From the NCBI GenBank assembly GCA_044229975.1, contig JBGARZ010000015.1, positions 32,001 through 96,000 of the forward strand: 64,000 bases of DNA, in the 5' to 3' direction. Every line of letters begins with the position of its first letter. Position 1 is the first letter of the stretch. The notes beneath the pieces are model-generated. The model was not told the origin of the DNA. It saw only the letters and a list, made by a program, of their open reading frames with translations, and did not search any database. This stretch comes from Polyangiales bacterium (GTDB lineage Bacteria; Myxococcota_A; Polyangia; Polyangiales; Ga0077539). Shown in pieces: positions 1-9,111 of this stretch. The position numbers and the translations under genes are program-made.

Positions 1-843
1 GTCCTGGGTGGGGTTCCCCGTCTGGGGCTGCGCGAACTGCATCAGGTAGTTGAGCGCGAGGCCCTCGTGGTTGCCGTGAACGGACACGAAGGGCATCACG
101 GACATGGTGCTGCGCGCGCCGTCGAACCACGCCTGCCAGAGGCTCTGGACGAAGCCCACCAGCACGGCGTCGCCGGTGAAGAGCTCGAAGTCCGGCGGGC
201 TCATTCCGCCGACGACGCGCTCCTGCACCTGGCGCCAGAGGTTGGCGTCGTCGCGTGAGTCACCCGTGACGACGAAGTTCACGTCGTAGTCGGTGCGGCC
301 CGGCGCGGGCGCCGTCTTGAAGTGTTGAACGGCGCTCCAGTGGCCTTCGCCGCCGACGCGGTAGTGGTACGTGGTGTCCGGGGAGAGACCGCAGACGTGA
401 ACCTCGTGGGCGGTCACCTTGCTGCCCACGGCGCCGCCGGTGTTGACGCTGCCGGTCGCGGTGCGATCGAGGGCGGCGGGGTTGGTTCCGTATTGGACGA
501 CGGTCGCGCGGGTGCCGACGTCGGTGACCCAGACGAAGGCCGCGACGGTGGCCGGGTCGGCGGGCCACGAGACGTGGACGCTGCGGGGCTCGGGCATCGC
601 GCCGAAGGTCGTGCGGTCGTCGCGGTAGTGGTCGGTGGTCGCGAGCGGCGCGGAGACCTGATGGGCGCACCCCTCGGGCGTGTACGTGAACGCCATCGCA
701 GGCACGTCGGCGCCGAGCGCCATGGACCCGGCGTCGACGGAGGCGTCGGTGGCGGGGCTCGTCGCGGGCGCGTCGTCGCAGGCGCCGAGGCAACCGAGCG
801 TCATCAACAGCGGAAGCGGAAACCGGACAAACGTCTGTGCCAT
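1..843 (-). CDS. Purple-acid-phosphatase-like metallophosphoesterase lipoprotein (runs off the window edge)
   Basis: Translated by hand from ATG 843: lipobox LGAC, FN3-like segment (VHVSW...HEVHVCGLSPDTTYHYRVG), motifs TGDS, FTGD and GNHE. Not in the ORF track because it has no stop inside the window. Confidence 0.8.
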   Translation of the reverse strand, partial: MAQTFVRFPLPLLMTLGCLGACDDAPATSPATDASVDAGSMALGADVPAMAFTYTPEGCAHQVSAPLATTDHYRDDRTTFGAMPEPRSVHVSWPADPATVAAFVWVTDVGTRATVVQYGTNPAALDRTATGSVNTGGAVGSKVTAHEVHVCGLSPDTTYHYRVGGEGHWSAVQHFKTAPAPGRTDYDVNFVVTGDSRDDANLWRQVQERVVGGMSPPDFELFTGDAVLVGFVQSLWQAWFDGARSTMSVMPFVSVHGNHEGLALNYLMQFAQPQTGNPTQD

Positions 844-971
844 TCGTGTGACGGACGTGTATCACGAGAGGCGGTTTGCGATGGGCGTGGCGCTCTTTCT
901 TCGGGCGACCTGCGATAGCATCGCGGCCCATGGGAACCGCACGCAGAAGGCCATCGGGCCGGACTGCCCTC

Positions 972-2552
972 ATGGCGCGCGCGCTCGTCGGCGTGTTGCT
1001 CGTGAGCGTGTCCGGCGAGGCGTATCACCTGGAGGACTCGCTCCGCGGAGGGACCACCGTCGGTCACCCGGTGGGCGGATCGTTCGCGGCCGATGGGTGG
1101 CACGTCACCGACCGCACCGATCGTGTGTGGTACGCGCTGCCGCGGCTCACGTCGGGGTCCGTGGAGTTCACGGTCAACAACCTGTCGAACGCGACGGTGG
1201 GCGACGGCGAGGCCGAGATGTTCGCGATGTACGAGGCGGGCTACGGCATCACCGAGCCGGTGCGCTACGCCCCCGAGTTTCGCGAGAACAACTACAAGTG
1301 CATGCTGCGCATCTACGGCGGATTGGAGGGCGACCGCGTCGGGCAGCAGAAGCTCATGTGGGGCATGTGCCCGGGCGGCGCGCCCGGCTACACGAGCTGC
1401 GCGTGCGGGACGTCGTTCTTCGAGGAGCCCTTTGGTGGCAGCGGTACGTGGAGCGGCGGGCCGGAGCGCATCCGCATCGAGTGGGGTTCGGGGCGCACGC
1501 GGTATCTCCGCAACGGCAGTGAGGTGCTCGCCATCGACTGGTCGCGCTCGGGGCTGACCTTCGGCCCGTCGGAGCTGCACATGTCCCTCGGCACCTCGCG
1601 ACCGAGCGCCGTCGACTACGCCGTGTTGCCTGTCGGCGTGGTCTTCTCCGACCTCGTCGTCGACGGCACCGAAGGGGCGCTCGCGGTGTGTCCGGGGTCG
1701 GTGGTCCCTGATGCGGGAGTGGCTCCGACGGACGCGGGCATGATCGTGTCGGGCTCGGTGGTGGAGGTTCACGCGGTGGAGGACGTCACCGTCGAACCGG
1801 GCAACCCGACGACGGTCTACAGCGACGTGCGCGACCTCGCGGTGGGCCACGCGGACGCGGAGTTCTATGTGAAGTTCAGGGTGGGCGAGCTGCCGGGGCG
1901 CATCGTGAGCGCGCAGCTCATCCTCAACAGCGCGACGGACCGATCGGCCGAAGGCACGGGCGCCAGCGTCTTCGCGGCGGGCCACAGCGCGTGGTCGGAG
2001 ACGACGCTCGTCTACCGCGACCGGCCGGGTTCGCGCGGCGCACGGCTCGCGCGCGTCGACGGGGTCTCGGCCAACGAGCGGTACACGTTCAACCTCCCGG
2101 CGGGCACGGTGCCGAGCCCGGGGGTCTATGCCTTCGCGGTGTTGCCCGAGACGACGGACTCCAACTCGGTGCACTTCGACGCTCGCGAGGTGTCGCCGAC
2201 GCGCGGGCCCGTGTTGCGGTTGACCATCGACCGCACGCTGCCGCCGTTGATGGACGCTGGCGTGGCACCGCCCGACGTCGTGACGGTGGTGGATGTCGCG
2301 AGCGCGAGCGACGCGGGTGTCGTGGCATCGGACCTCGGGACGCGTATCGACGTCGTGAGCGCGACGGATGCGGGTGTGCGGAGCGACGTGGTTACCGCGG
2401 TGGATGCGGGTGTGGCTCAGGACGACGGCCTCGTGGAGACGTCGGATCTCGATGGAGGCTGCGGGTGCCGCGCGTCGGGTCGTCGGGTGGGCGGCGGCTC
2501 GCTGGCGCTGCTGGCGCTGGTCGGGCTGCGACGCAGGCGACGGCGCGGCTAA
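972..2552 (+). CDS. Secreted protein with a DNRLRE/CBM96-like domain and a MYXO-CTERM-like anchor
   Basis: Signal peptide; 'YVKF..SAQLIL..WSETTLVY' segment; C-terminal GCGC + hydrophobic stretch + RRRRRR. Confidence 0.65.
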   Translation: MARALVGVLLVSVSGEAYHLEDSLRGGTTVGHPVGGSFAADGWHVTDRTDRVWYALPRLTSGSVEFTVNNLSNATVGDGEAEMFAMYEAGYGITEPVRYAPEFRENNYKCMLRIYGGLEGDRVGQQKLMWGMCPGGAPGYTSCACGTSFFEEPFGGSGTWSGGPERIRIEWGSGRTRYLRNGSEVLAIDWSRSGLTFGPSELHMSLGTSRPSAVDYAVLPVGVVFSDLVVDGTEGALAVCPGSVVPDAGVAPTDAGMIVSGSVVEVHAVEDVTVEPGNPTTVYSDVRDLAVGHADAEFYVKFRVGELPGRIVSAQLILNSATDRSAEGTGASVFAAGHSAWSETTLVYRDRPGSRGARLARVDGVSANERYTFNLPAGTVPSPGVYAFAVLPETTDSNSVHFDAREVSPTRGPVLRLTIDRTLPPLMDAGVAPPDVVTVVDVASASDAGVVASDLGTRIDVVSATDAGVRSDVVTAVDAGVAQDDGLVETSDLDGGCGCRASGRRVGGGSLALLALVGLRRRRRRG

Positions 2553-2565
2553 CCCGTAACCCCCT

Positions 2566-3177
2566 CTACCGCATCCGCCGCGATCGCTCCCGCTTCACCG
2601 CCGGGTCGCCTTCGTCCTCACGCTCCGTCCGGCGCCGCTCCGCTGTCGTCGTCCGCAACGCCCGCCGCCACGCCCACTGCCGCCACGCGACGTCCACCAC
2701 ACCCAGCGCCAGCACCGTCCCGCCCAGTCGCCACACGAAGCCCCACCCCGGCGCCGCGCCGTCCCACGCGCTCACGCCCACGGCCAACAGCACCGCTCCG
2801 TAGGCCACCGCCATCGTCGCCGTCGCCCACCCGCCCGGCTCTCCCGACGGGCCCTCTGCGTCCGCCGACCGCCACGCGCCGCGCGTCTGCGCCACCGTCA
2901 CCGCCGTCGCCGCCACCACCGCCGCGCCCAACGTCACCCCCAACGGAACCACCACCCGCGCCGCGACGCTCGACGCCGCTCGCCACGGTTCGACGTCCGC
3001 TCTCGCAGTCAGCGTGAGCATCTCGCGCATCGCGCTCCGCAGCGCGGCGCTCAGCGTCGGCAGCGTCGCGAGCACGGCCACCGCCGTCGCTCCGAACACC
3101 GCCACGCCCGACAGCGGCGATCGCCCCTCGCGGAGCGCGCGGTCGAGCTCGCGCGCGGTCGGTGGCTGCGTCGTCAC
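2566..3177 (-). CDS. Short FlhB/EscU-like membrane protein lacking the C-terminal NPTH domain
   Basis: N-terminus 'TQPPTARELDRALREG', hydrophobic core, and 'LRTTTAERRRTEREDEGDPAVK' resemble FlhB/YscU conserved segments. Confidence 0.55.
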   Translation of the reverse strand: MTTQPPTARELDRALREGRSPLSGVAVFGATAVAVLATLPTLSAALRSAMREMLTLTARADVEPWRAASSVAARVVVPLGVTLGAAVVAATAVTVAQTRGAWRSADAEGPSGEPGGWATATMAVAYGAVLLAVGVSAWDGAAPGWGFVWRLGGTVLALGVVDVAWRQWAWRRALRTTTAERRRTEREDEGDPAVKRERSRRMR

Positions 3178-3196
3178 GGCGAGCGATTATAGACGC

Positions 3197-3571
3197 TCAC
3201 TCCGCAGGAACGAGCGCGACCTCGAACATCACCGGCCAGAGCTTCCCCGTCAGGAGAAGGCGTCGCGTCGAGGGCTCGTAGGCGATGCCGTTGAGCACCG
3301 CTTCGGGCTCGGTGAGACCCAGCGAGACTCGTGAGAAGGGCAGCACGATCCAGGCGACGACGCGGCCCGTGGCCGGGTCGATTCGCGCGATGCGGTCGCT
3401 GTGCCAGACGTTGGCGAAGACCTCGCCCTCCACCATCTCCAGCTCGTTGAGCTGGTCGATGGGGTTGCCCCGCCAGGTCACCCGGACGCGTCGTCGCTTG
3501 ACGAAGGTGTCGGGGTCGAGGAAGCGCAGGGTGTCCGTCCCGTCGCTGTGGCGGCGTCGAGCACGCGCACC
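3197..3571 (-). pseudogene. Glutaminyl-peptide cyclotransferase 3' remnant
   Basis: Colinear with 17643-17993 (SDGT, LNELE, VLNGIAY, TGKLW); 202-bp internal deletion at 3547/3548; 5' end missing. Confidence 0.85.
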
Positions 3572-3966
3572 AACCAGCGGTCGCACCGACCTCGCGCTCT
3601 CGCCCGACCTCATCGTCCTGCCGTACAACCTCTTCGTCCCGATGATGCTGCACCGCCTGCTCCGGGGAGATCAGCGCCGTCGGCACAGAGGGCCCTTCGA
3701 TGAGGGCGGGCGCAGCTCCCGACGCACGTCGCCGACCACGCGCACTTCGCAACCGGAGCGTCTGGTCCACTCGAGCGGAGTCGGGCCCGCGAGGGTGCCC
3801 CGTTGAACCTCCTGTCGGCCTCGACATCGCCGGTCGCGATCGTCTCGGCGCGGGGATCGCCGCCATGGCGGCGGGGGTGGCGGCGGGGTGGCGGCGGGCC
3901 GGCGACGGGCCATGCAATCGGAGCGTGACGCCCTGGTTCCCCGGTGATTTTCGGCGGTGTGAGGGC

Positions 3967-3982
3967 TGGCATCGCGCTCGCT
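3967..3982 (+). promoter_or_regulatory. Sigma54-like -24/-12 motif upstream of the transposase
   Basis: TGGCATCGCGCTCGCT fits GG-N10-GC and ends 16 nt before ATG 3999. Confidence 0.35.
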
Positions 3983-3998
3983 CAGGGCCGCGGCGCTC

Positions 3999-5585
3999 AT
4001 GGCCACCGCCGCCACCAATTCGGGCGAGTACGTGCGCCACGACCCGACGCAGACCACGCTGCACGCGCTCGTCGCAAAGCACCTCAAGACCTTCCTCGCG
4101 TTCGCCGAGGAACGCTCGGGACGCGCGCTGCCGCGGTACGTCGTCGAGGAGTTCCACGGGTACCTCCGCTGCGGGGTGCTGGCCCACGGCTTCGGGAGGG
4201 CGCGATGCAGCGGGTGCGGCCACGACATCCTGGTGGCGTTCTCGTGCAAGCTGCGCGGCGTGTGCCCGTCGTGCGGCGGGAGGCGCATGTGCCAGACCGC
4301 GGCGACGGTGTGCGATCGGGTGCTGCCGAACGTGCCGCTGCGGCAGTGGGTGCTGAGCGTCCCGTACGAGCTGCGGAGGGTGCTTGCGGCCGACGCGGCG
4401 ATGCTGACGCGGACGTCGCGGGTGTTCTTCGAGGAGCTGCGCCGCTGGTACCGCGAGGCGAGCGGCCTCGCGCGGAGCGACGTGCTGAAGGTCGAGGCGG
4501 GGGCGATCACCTTCGTGCATCGGGGCGGCGGTTCGCTCAACGCTCATGTGCACCTTCATGTCATCGCTGCGGACGGCGTCTGGCGCTGTGCGACCGACGG
4601 CTCGACGCCGATCTTCGTCGCGACGCGGCCGCCGACGAAGGGCGACCTGGAGGGGGTTCTCGCGCGGGTGGCGGAGCGGGTGGCGAAGGCGATGGAGCGG
4701 GCGGGCGGCGGTGACGGTGACCGCGCGAGGAACGAAGCGCTCGAAGGGTGTCGGCGAGCGGCCAGTGCACGCGGCGAGTATGGCGTGGTGCGCGACGGAC
4801 GGGTGCCGGAGGCAGGCGAGGCCGCGGGCGAGGCGGTCGATGAGGCGCGCTTCGGACGACGGCCTCCGAAGGCGCAGGTGGGCGCGCTGGAGGGGTTCAA
4901 CCTGCACGCGAGCGTGGTGATCGGCGCGACGGACCACGAAGGGCGCGAGCGGCTGCTGCGCTACGTGGCAAGGCCCACGGTGGCGTCCGGGAGGGTGAGC
5001 GAGCTCGCGGATGGGCGCGTGGCGTGGCGGCTGAAGGTGTCCGGCGGGCGCGGGGAGACCCATCGGATCATGGAGCCGATGGAGTTCATGGCTCGCTTGA
5101 GCGCGCTGGTGCCTCCGCCGAGGTTTCCATTGGTGCGGTACCATGGTGTATTCGCACCGAATTCTCCCTGGCGCGTCGCGGTAGTTCCGCTGCGGTCGGC
5201 GTGCGCGGGGGTGAAGGTGAAAGCATGCGCGACTTCGGCGGCGCGTACACGCGAGGGGACGGACGCGACGGAGACGTCTACGACCGCGACCGCGACCGCG
5301 ACGACGGCCCGCGGCGAAGCGAAGGGCGACGACGGGTGGATGTGGACGCCGGACGGCGCCGCGCCGCCAGCGGCAGTACGCACCTCCGGGAGAATGGACT
5401 GGGCCACGCTGATGCACCGCGTGTGGGGCTGGGACGTGCTCGGGTGCCCGCGGTGTGAAGGGCGGTTGCAGTTCATCGCCGTCATCACGCAGCGCGCCGT
5501 GATCGAGCGGATCCTGACGCATGTCGGGCTCTCCGCCGCGCGGATCGTTGCGGCGCCGGCACGGCACTTCGACGACACGAGCTGA
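3999..5585 (+). CDS. IS91/ISCR-like rolling-circle HUH transposase (Zn-binding + Y2_Tnp domains)
   Basis: Zn domain (YLRCG, C..C, FSCKLRGVCPSC), RQWVLSVP, HUH motif NAHVHLHV, LLRYVARP, RYHGVFAPNS, C-terminal CPRC. Confidence 0.93.
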   Translation: MATAATNSGEYVRHDPTQTTLHALVAKHLKTFLAFAEERSGRALPRYVVEEFHGYLRCGVLAHGFGRARCSGCGHDILVAFSCKLRGVCPSCGGRRMCQTAATVCDRVLPNVPLRQWVLSVPYELRRVLAADAAMLTRTSRVFFEELRRWYREASGLARSDVLKVEAGAITFVHRGGGSLNAHVHLHVIAADGVWRCATDGSTPIFVATRPPTKGDLEGVLARVAERVAKAMERAGGGDGDRARNEALEGCRRAASARGEYGVVRDGRVPEAGEAAGEAVDEARFGRRPPKAQVGALEGFNLHASVVIGATDHEGRERLLRYVARPTVASGRVSELADGRVAWRLKVSGGRGETHRIMEPMEFMARLSALVPPPRFPLVRYHGVFAPNSPWRVAVVPLRSACAGVKVKACATSAARTREGTDATETSTTATATATTARGEAKGDDGWMWTPDGAAPPAAVRTSGRMDWATLMHRVWGWDVLGCPRCEGRLQFIAVITQRAVIERILTHVGLSAARIVAAPARHFDDTS

Positions 5586-5692
5586 CGCGAGGGTGGGCAC
5601 CACGGAAGACAACGGCGACAGCAGGCGAACGGCTGACGACGTGAGGCCGCGGCTTGTCTCGAGGGCACGGAGCGAGGGCCGTTGGATTCGCT

Positions 5693-5872
5693 CATCCAGC
5701 GTCCGATCCCTCCTCTCTGTGACCACAATAGCGTGCAGGTACAGTAGGTTACAGAATCAATATTACACGCAACAGTAAAATGTAGGCGCACGGTCTGCAC
5801 CGCGGCGACGTCTGGTTGGGCCGACCGACGGGGTGCTCCTCAAGCCCACGCGGCATTGGACGCCCTATCCAC
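5693..5872. repeat. 180-bp dispersed direct repeat, copy 1 (putative non-autonomous HUH/oriIS unit)
   Basis: CATCCAGCGTCC...GGACGCCCTATCCAC, identical to 9109-9288, with an AT-rich core. Confidence 0.95.
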
Positions 5873-6145
5873 AAAGATCGTCCAGCGCAGCTTCATGAAT
5901 GCTCCTCTCGAAACGTTTTCGCGGTTTGGGAGACGCTCCAGGTCCAGCTTAACAACAATCCTCTTCTGGCCCGGTGCCGCCCAGCAAGATGTCGAGACGA
6001 CCACTTCGTCCGTTTATTCACGCTCGTCTGCAGGCGGCGAAGGCGCTCGGCCCCACGCTCCCCGGCCACCCGGGTGTCCCCCGCGCGGGGCCGTCTCGGC
6101 GAGCTTCCAGCGCCCTCGGCCGAGGAGCATCAGAGAGGTCCATCC

Positions 6146-6871
6146 CTACCCGACCGTCCGCTCGAGGCGAATTTCGACCTCGCGCTCGACGAACGTCCAC
6201 TCCTCTCGCGAGCGCAACATGCCGACGAGGTCGTCGAAGGCGCCGCGATGCTCCGGGGCCATCTCGAACCACGTGAGAAAGTCGAACGGCTCCCCAAGGT
6301 CCCTTGAATGGTAAAGTCTTCGGGCAATGCGAGGCAGGTAGGCCATGCTGTCGGCGATGTGGTGGGAACGTGCCTCGAAGATGGCGCGACGCTCGTCCTG
6401 CGGGAGCGCCCACCAAGCAGGGGACTTGCGTATCGGAATGAGCACCGCGAGCGTTGCCTCCGGCCTCGCGAGGGGTGGACTCTGGGAGTCCAGGCGCGCC
6501 TTCTCGCTTCGCTCGACGTACCTGGCATGGCTCGTGACTCCGCGAAGAGCCCACGAGTCATTGCCCTGAGCCGGCGTCTCCGCGAGGCCAGCGAGCACAG
6601 CCACCCGGCTCACCGCGGACAGCGCATCCCCGCGAATCGCAGACATACCTGTCACGCGCCACGGCCCCTCCCTGCCTCCTGTGAAGGTCGCTTGGACTAC
6701 TCCTGGTCGGGTCATTCTCTTCGCCTCTTGAGCTCGGGGTGATGGTGGCGACTGGGGAGGTTCCGCCCCAGCTCCCTTGGCGTTCACGTGGCAGCCGGCC
6801 TCGAGGGCGGCGAGGGTGCAGCTCGCGCCCGCGAGCATGAACGTGCGTCTCGTTGTTCGATGTGCCTTCAT
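6146..6871 (-). CDS. cld: Chlorite dismutase family protein (short, clade-II-like)
   Basis: IPIRKSPAWW...ERRAIFE...HH...LP.IARRLYHSRDLGEPFDFLTWFE...EEW.FVERE. Confidence 0.85.
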   Translation of the reverse strand: MKAHRTTRRTFMLAGASCTLAALEAGCHVNAKGAGAEPPQSPPSPRAQEAKRMTRPGVVQATFTGGREGPWRVTGMSAIRGDALSAVSRVAVLAGLAETPAQGNDSWALRGVTSHARYVERSEKARLDSQSPPLARPEATLAVLIPIRKSPAWWALPQDERRAIFEARSHHIADSMAYLPRIARRLYHSRDLGEPFDFLTWFEMAPEHRGAFDDLVGMLRSREEWTFVEREVEIRLERTVG

Positions 6872-6884
6872 TTTCCGCGCCTCG

Positions 6885-7100
6885 TTAAGGCAACACGCAT
6901 TTTCCGCTGATACACTTCGCTCCCCTTGGGCAGGCCTTTCCGCATCCGCCGCAGTTTCCAGGGTCCGTCATTTTGTCGATGCACTTACCCCCGCTAGAAG
7001 CAAACGAACAGAAACTTTTCGGTGCATCACACGTCTGGCACCGATAGGCCCCGTCGGGTCGCTTGAAGCACTTTTGGGGCGACTCGCACGACATACCGCA
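6885..7100 (-). pseudogene. 3' fragment of a Cys-rich myxobacterial repeat protein
   Basis: SCGMSC...DPGNCGGCGKAC...C; the 5' end is cut at the 54-bp repeat. Confidence 0.7.
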
Positions 7101-7209
7101 AGAGCGTAAGTAAATCAAGGCACTTTTCAGGGGTGTCGGCTGGGCTCGCGGGGATGGCGTTTCGCGACCTTCCGGGGTCGCGGCGGGCGCGCCGAGGCGG
7201 TCTCGGCCC

Positions 7210-7224
7210 TGGCACGGAGGTTGC
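7210..7224 (+). promoter_or_regulatory. Sigma54-consensus motif inside the IS91-like end
   Basis: TGGCAC-GGAGG-TTGC. Confidence 0.4.
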
Positions 7225-7284
7225 CGAACCCCACCAAGCGCCATGCCGGCGCAGCGCGGCCTTCGGGCGCCCCTTGCGCACGTT

Positions 7285-8159
7285 CTACTCGGCTGCCTCG
7301 ACGCTACCGGCACCTCGACGGAGGACTCGACTTGCCCAGTACGGAGGCCCTCGAGCGGGCGTGCGCTTCGGCACGTCGGTGGGCTCGCCAATGCCCCGCA
7401 GGTACCGAGCGACGCTGGTCGGATCGGTGACGAGCGCGAGCAGCTTCATCCTTCCGCTGCAGCACGGGCAGGTCAAAACGTCGAACCCAAAGGTCCGTTT
7501 AAGAAGCTCCGCCCACGGACGATAGCCGCCTCGGCGCGGTCTCTCGGGCACGTCCACCGTGGGTATTGGAGCAACCGCCGGCTTCGGCGCCAGACGAGCC
7601 CGAACCTTACTCGCCGACGCGAGCACCCCCGCATACCGAACGGTGTGCAAGCGCGGCGCGGGTACCGACGCCGCGAGACGGCTGAGCAGCGAGAGTGGAT
7701 CCATGTCCACCGCCACCGTGCCGTCCGAAAAAGGCTTCTTCAGCGTGATCCGGACGAGGCCGTCAGGCCCTCGGGTCACGCGTTCCTGCGCGACCGCGGG
7801 GCGCAACACGTACTTCAGCAGTGCCTCCCGGCCAGCTTCGTCGTGCCCACCGGCCCGCGTCGCCGCGTGGAGGGTGAAACCATCGAGCGCGACACACAGC
7901 GGGCGCTCGAACACCATGGGTCGGCACTCGAAGAGCAGCGCGCCTCGGCGCCACTCCGGACCGGCAGGCGGCGTAGTGCCCGAGACCGCCGACGCCGCGA
8001 GCACGGCCCTCCCGTCGCCCTCATCCTCGGAATCGCTGTCCTCGACGAGAAGGCCCCGACGACGAAGCCACTTCACCATCCGGTCGCGCGTGCGCTCCAG
8101 CACCGCCCCCACGTCCCGCGTCGACAGGTGCCGAGCGGCACGGAAGTCGAGCTCGTCGC
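7285..8159 (-). pseudogene. C-terminal half of a second IS91-like transposase
   Basis: GFTLHA, LLKYVLRP, RYAGVLA, WAELLKRTFG.DVL.CPCC; the Zn domain and HUH motif are absent. Confidence 0.9.
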
Positions 8160-8213
8160 TCCCCGCGAGCCCAGCCGACACCCCTGAAAAGTGCCTTGAT
8201 TTACTTACGCTCT

Positions 8214-9111
8214 CGGACTGGGTAAGACCGAGGCAGTAGCCGTAGAGGGTCTCGAGCTCGGCGTCGTCGTTCTTCGGGGTCTGCTCGCGGAGCTCGCGGA
8301 GGAGCACGAGCGCGGAGGGGAGCTCGGCGCGACGGACGAGGCCGCGCGCTTTGAGCCGCGCGAGGACCGGATCGCGGGCCGCCTCGCCCTTGGTCGAAGG
8401 GGGCGGAGGCTCGGGCGTGCTCGCGGGCGCCTTCTGCGCGTTCATGATCCGCGGCTCGCTCATCGGCGGCTCTTTGCGCGGATCGTAGGGCTCCGCGCGC
8501 TTCTGCACACCGGAGATGGGGATCTCGACCGACGGAGGCCGGAGCGGGCTCGGGGCGCGGAACTGCATCGACGCGCGGCGGAGCGCCTCCGTCTCGGGGG
8601 TGACCGTGGCGACACGAGCGCGCCGGAGGAGCAGGAGGGCGTACACGATTCGCGCATCGACCGCCGACACGCGCGAGAGCTCGAACGCGCTGAGCGGCTT
8701 CGGCTCCGACAAGAGCTTCGCGACGCGCGCCTCGGCGTCGGAAAGCTCGAGGTCGGCGAGCTGCTCGAGGAGGCCGAAACCCGATGCACCTTGCACGTAT
8801 CCCGCGAGCACGATCGGCCGATCGCCGACGCGATCGAGGGCTTCTCGTGCGCGGGGGGGCAAGAACACCTCGCGGAGACCACGGAGCACGGCGCGCCCCA
8901 CCGACACCGGCACGTCGTCGCGCCCATAGGTGGGGATGAGGTCGAGGCGGTCGTAGAAGCCGAACCGGGTGCTGCCCGGAAGGTGGAAGAGAGACGCGAG
9001 CTTGCGCGTGAGCTGCTCGCCGACCGCGATCGCGACGAGGTCGGGGGACACCATGCCCCGCTCCTTCACGATGTCCCCGAAGAGCACCTTCGGCGTACGG
9101 GTGGAGGCCAT
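8214..9111 (-). pseudogene. Internal fragment of a myxobacterial DUF4388/DnaJ-type protein
   Basis: 'LFGDIVKERG..EQLTRKLASLFHLP..F.FY..DL..YG' followed by a Pro-rich linker and a TPR-like helix; cut at both ends by repeats. Confidence 0.55.

Larger units (their letters stand above)
7101..8213 (-). mobile_element. Defective IS91-like element bounded by perfect 54-bp inverted repeats (7101-7154 / 8160-8213)
   Basis: AGAGCGTAAGTAAATCAAGG...CGCGGGGA and its exact reverse complement; encloses half of a transposase gene; no target-site duplication. Confidence 0.8.

Noticed and set aside
5715..5780. LexA box or IHF site in the AT-rich core of the unit
   Set aside because: The CTGT/ACAG spacing does not fit CTGT-N8-ACAG, and AATCAA is not followed by N4-TTR.
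4961..5800. ORFs starting MQTVRLHF..., MVTERRDR... or MGRPTGCS... at each repeat copy
   Set aside because: They share only the repeat-derived portion and continue into unrelated or antisense frames.
5693..5872. IS110/IS1111 bridge-RNA-type element (it has subterminal inverted repeats)
   Set aside because: No IS110 recombinase is present in the window, and the HUH/ori reading fits the context better. Not fully excluded.
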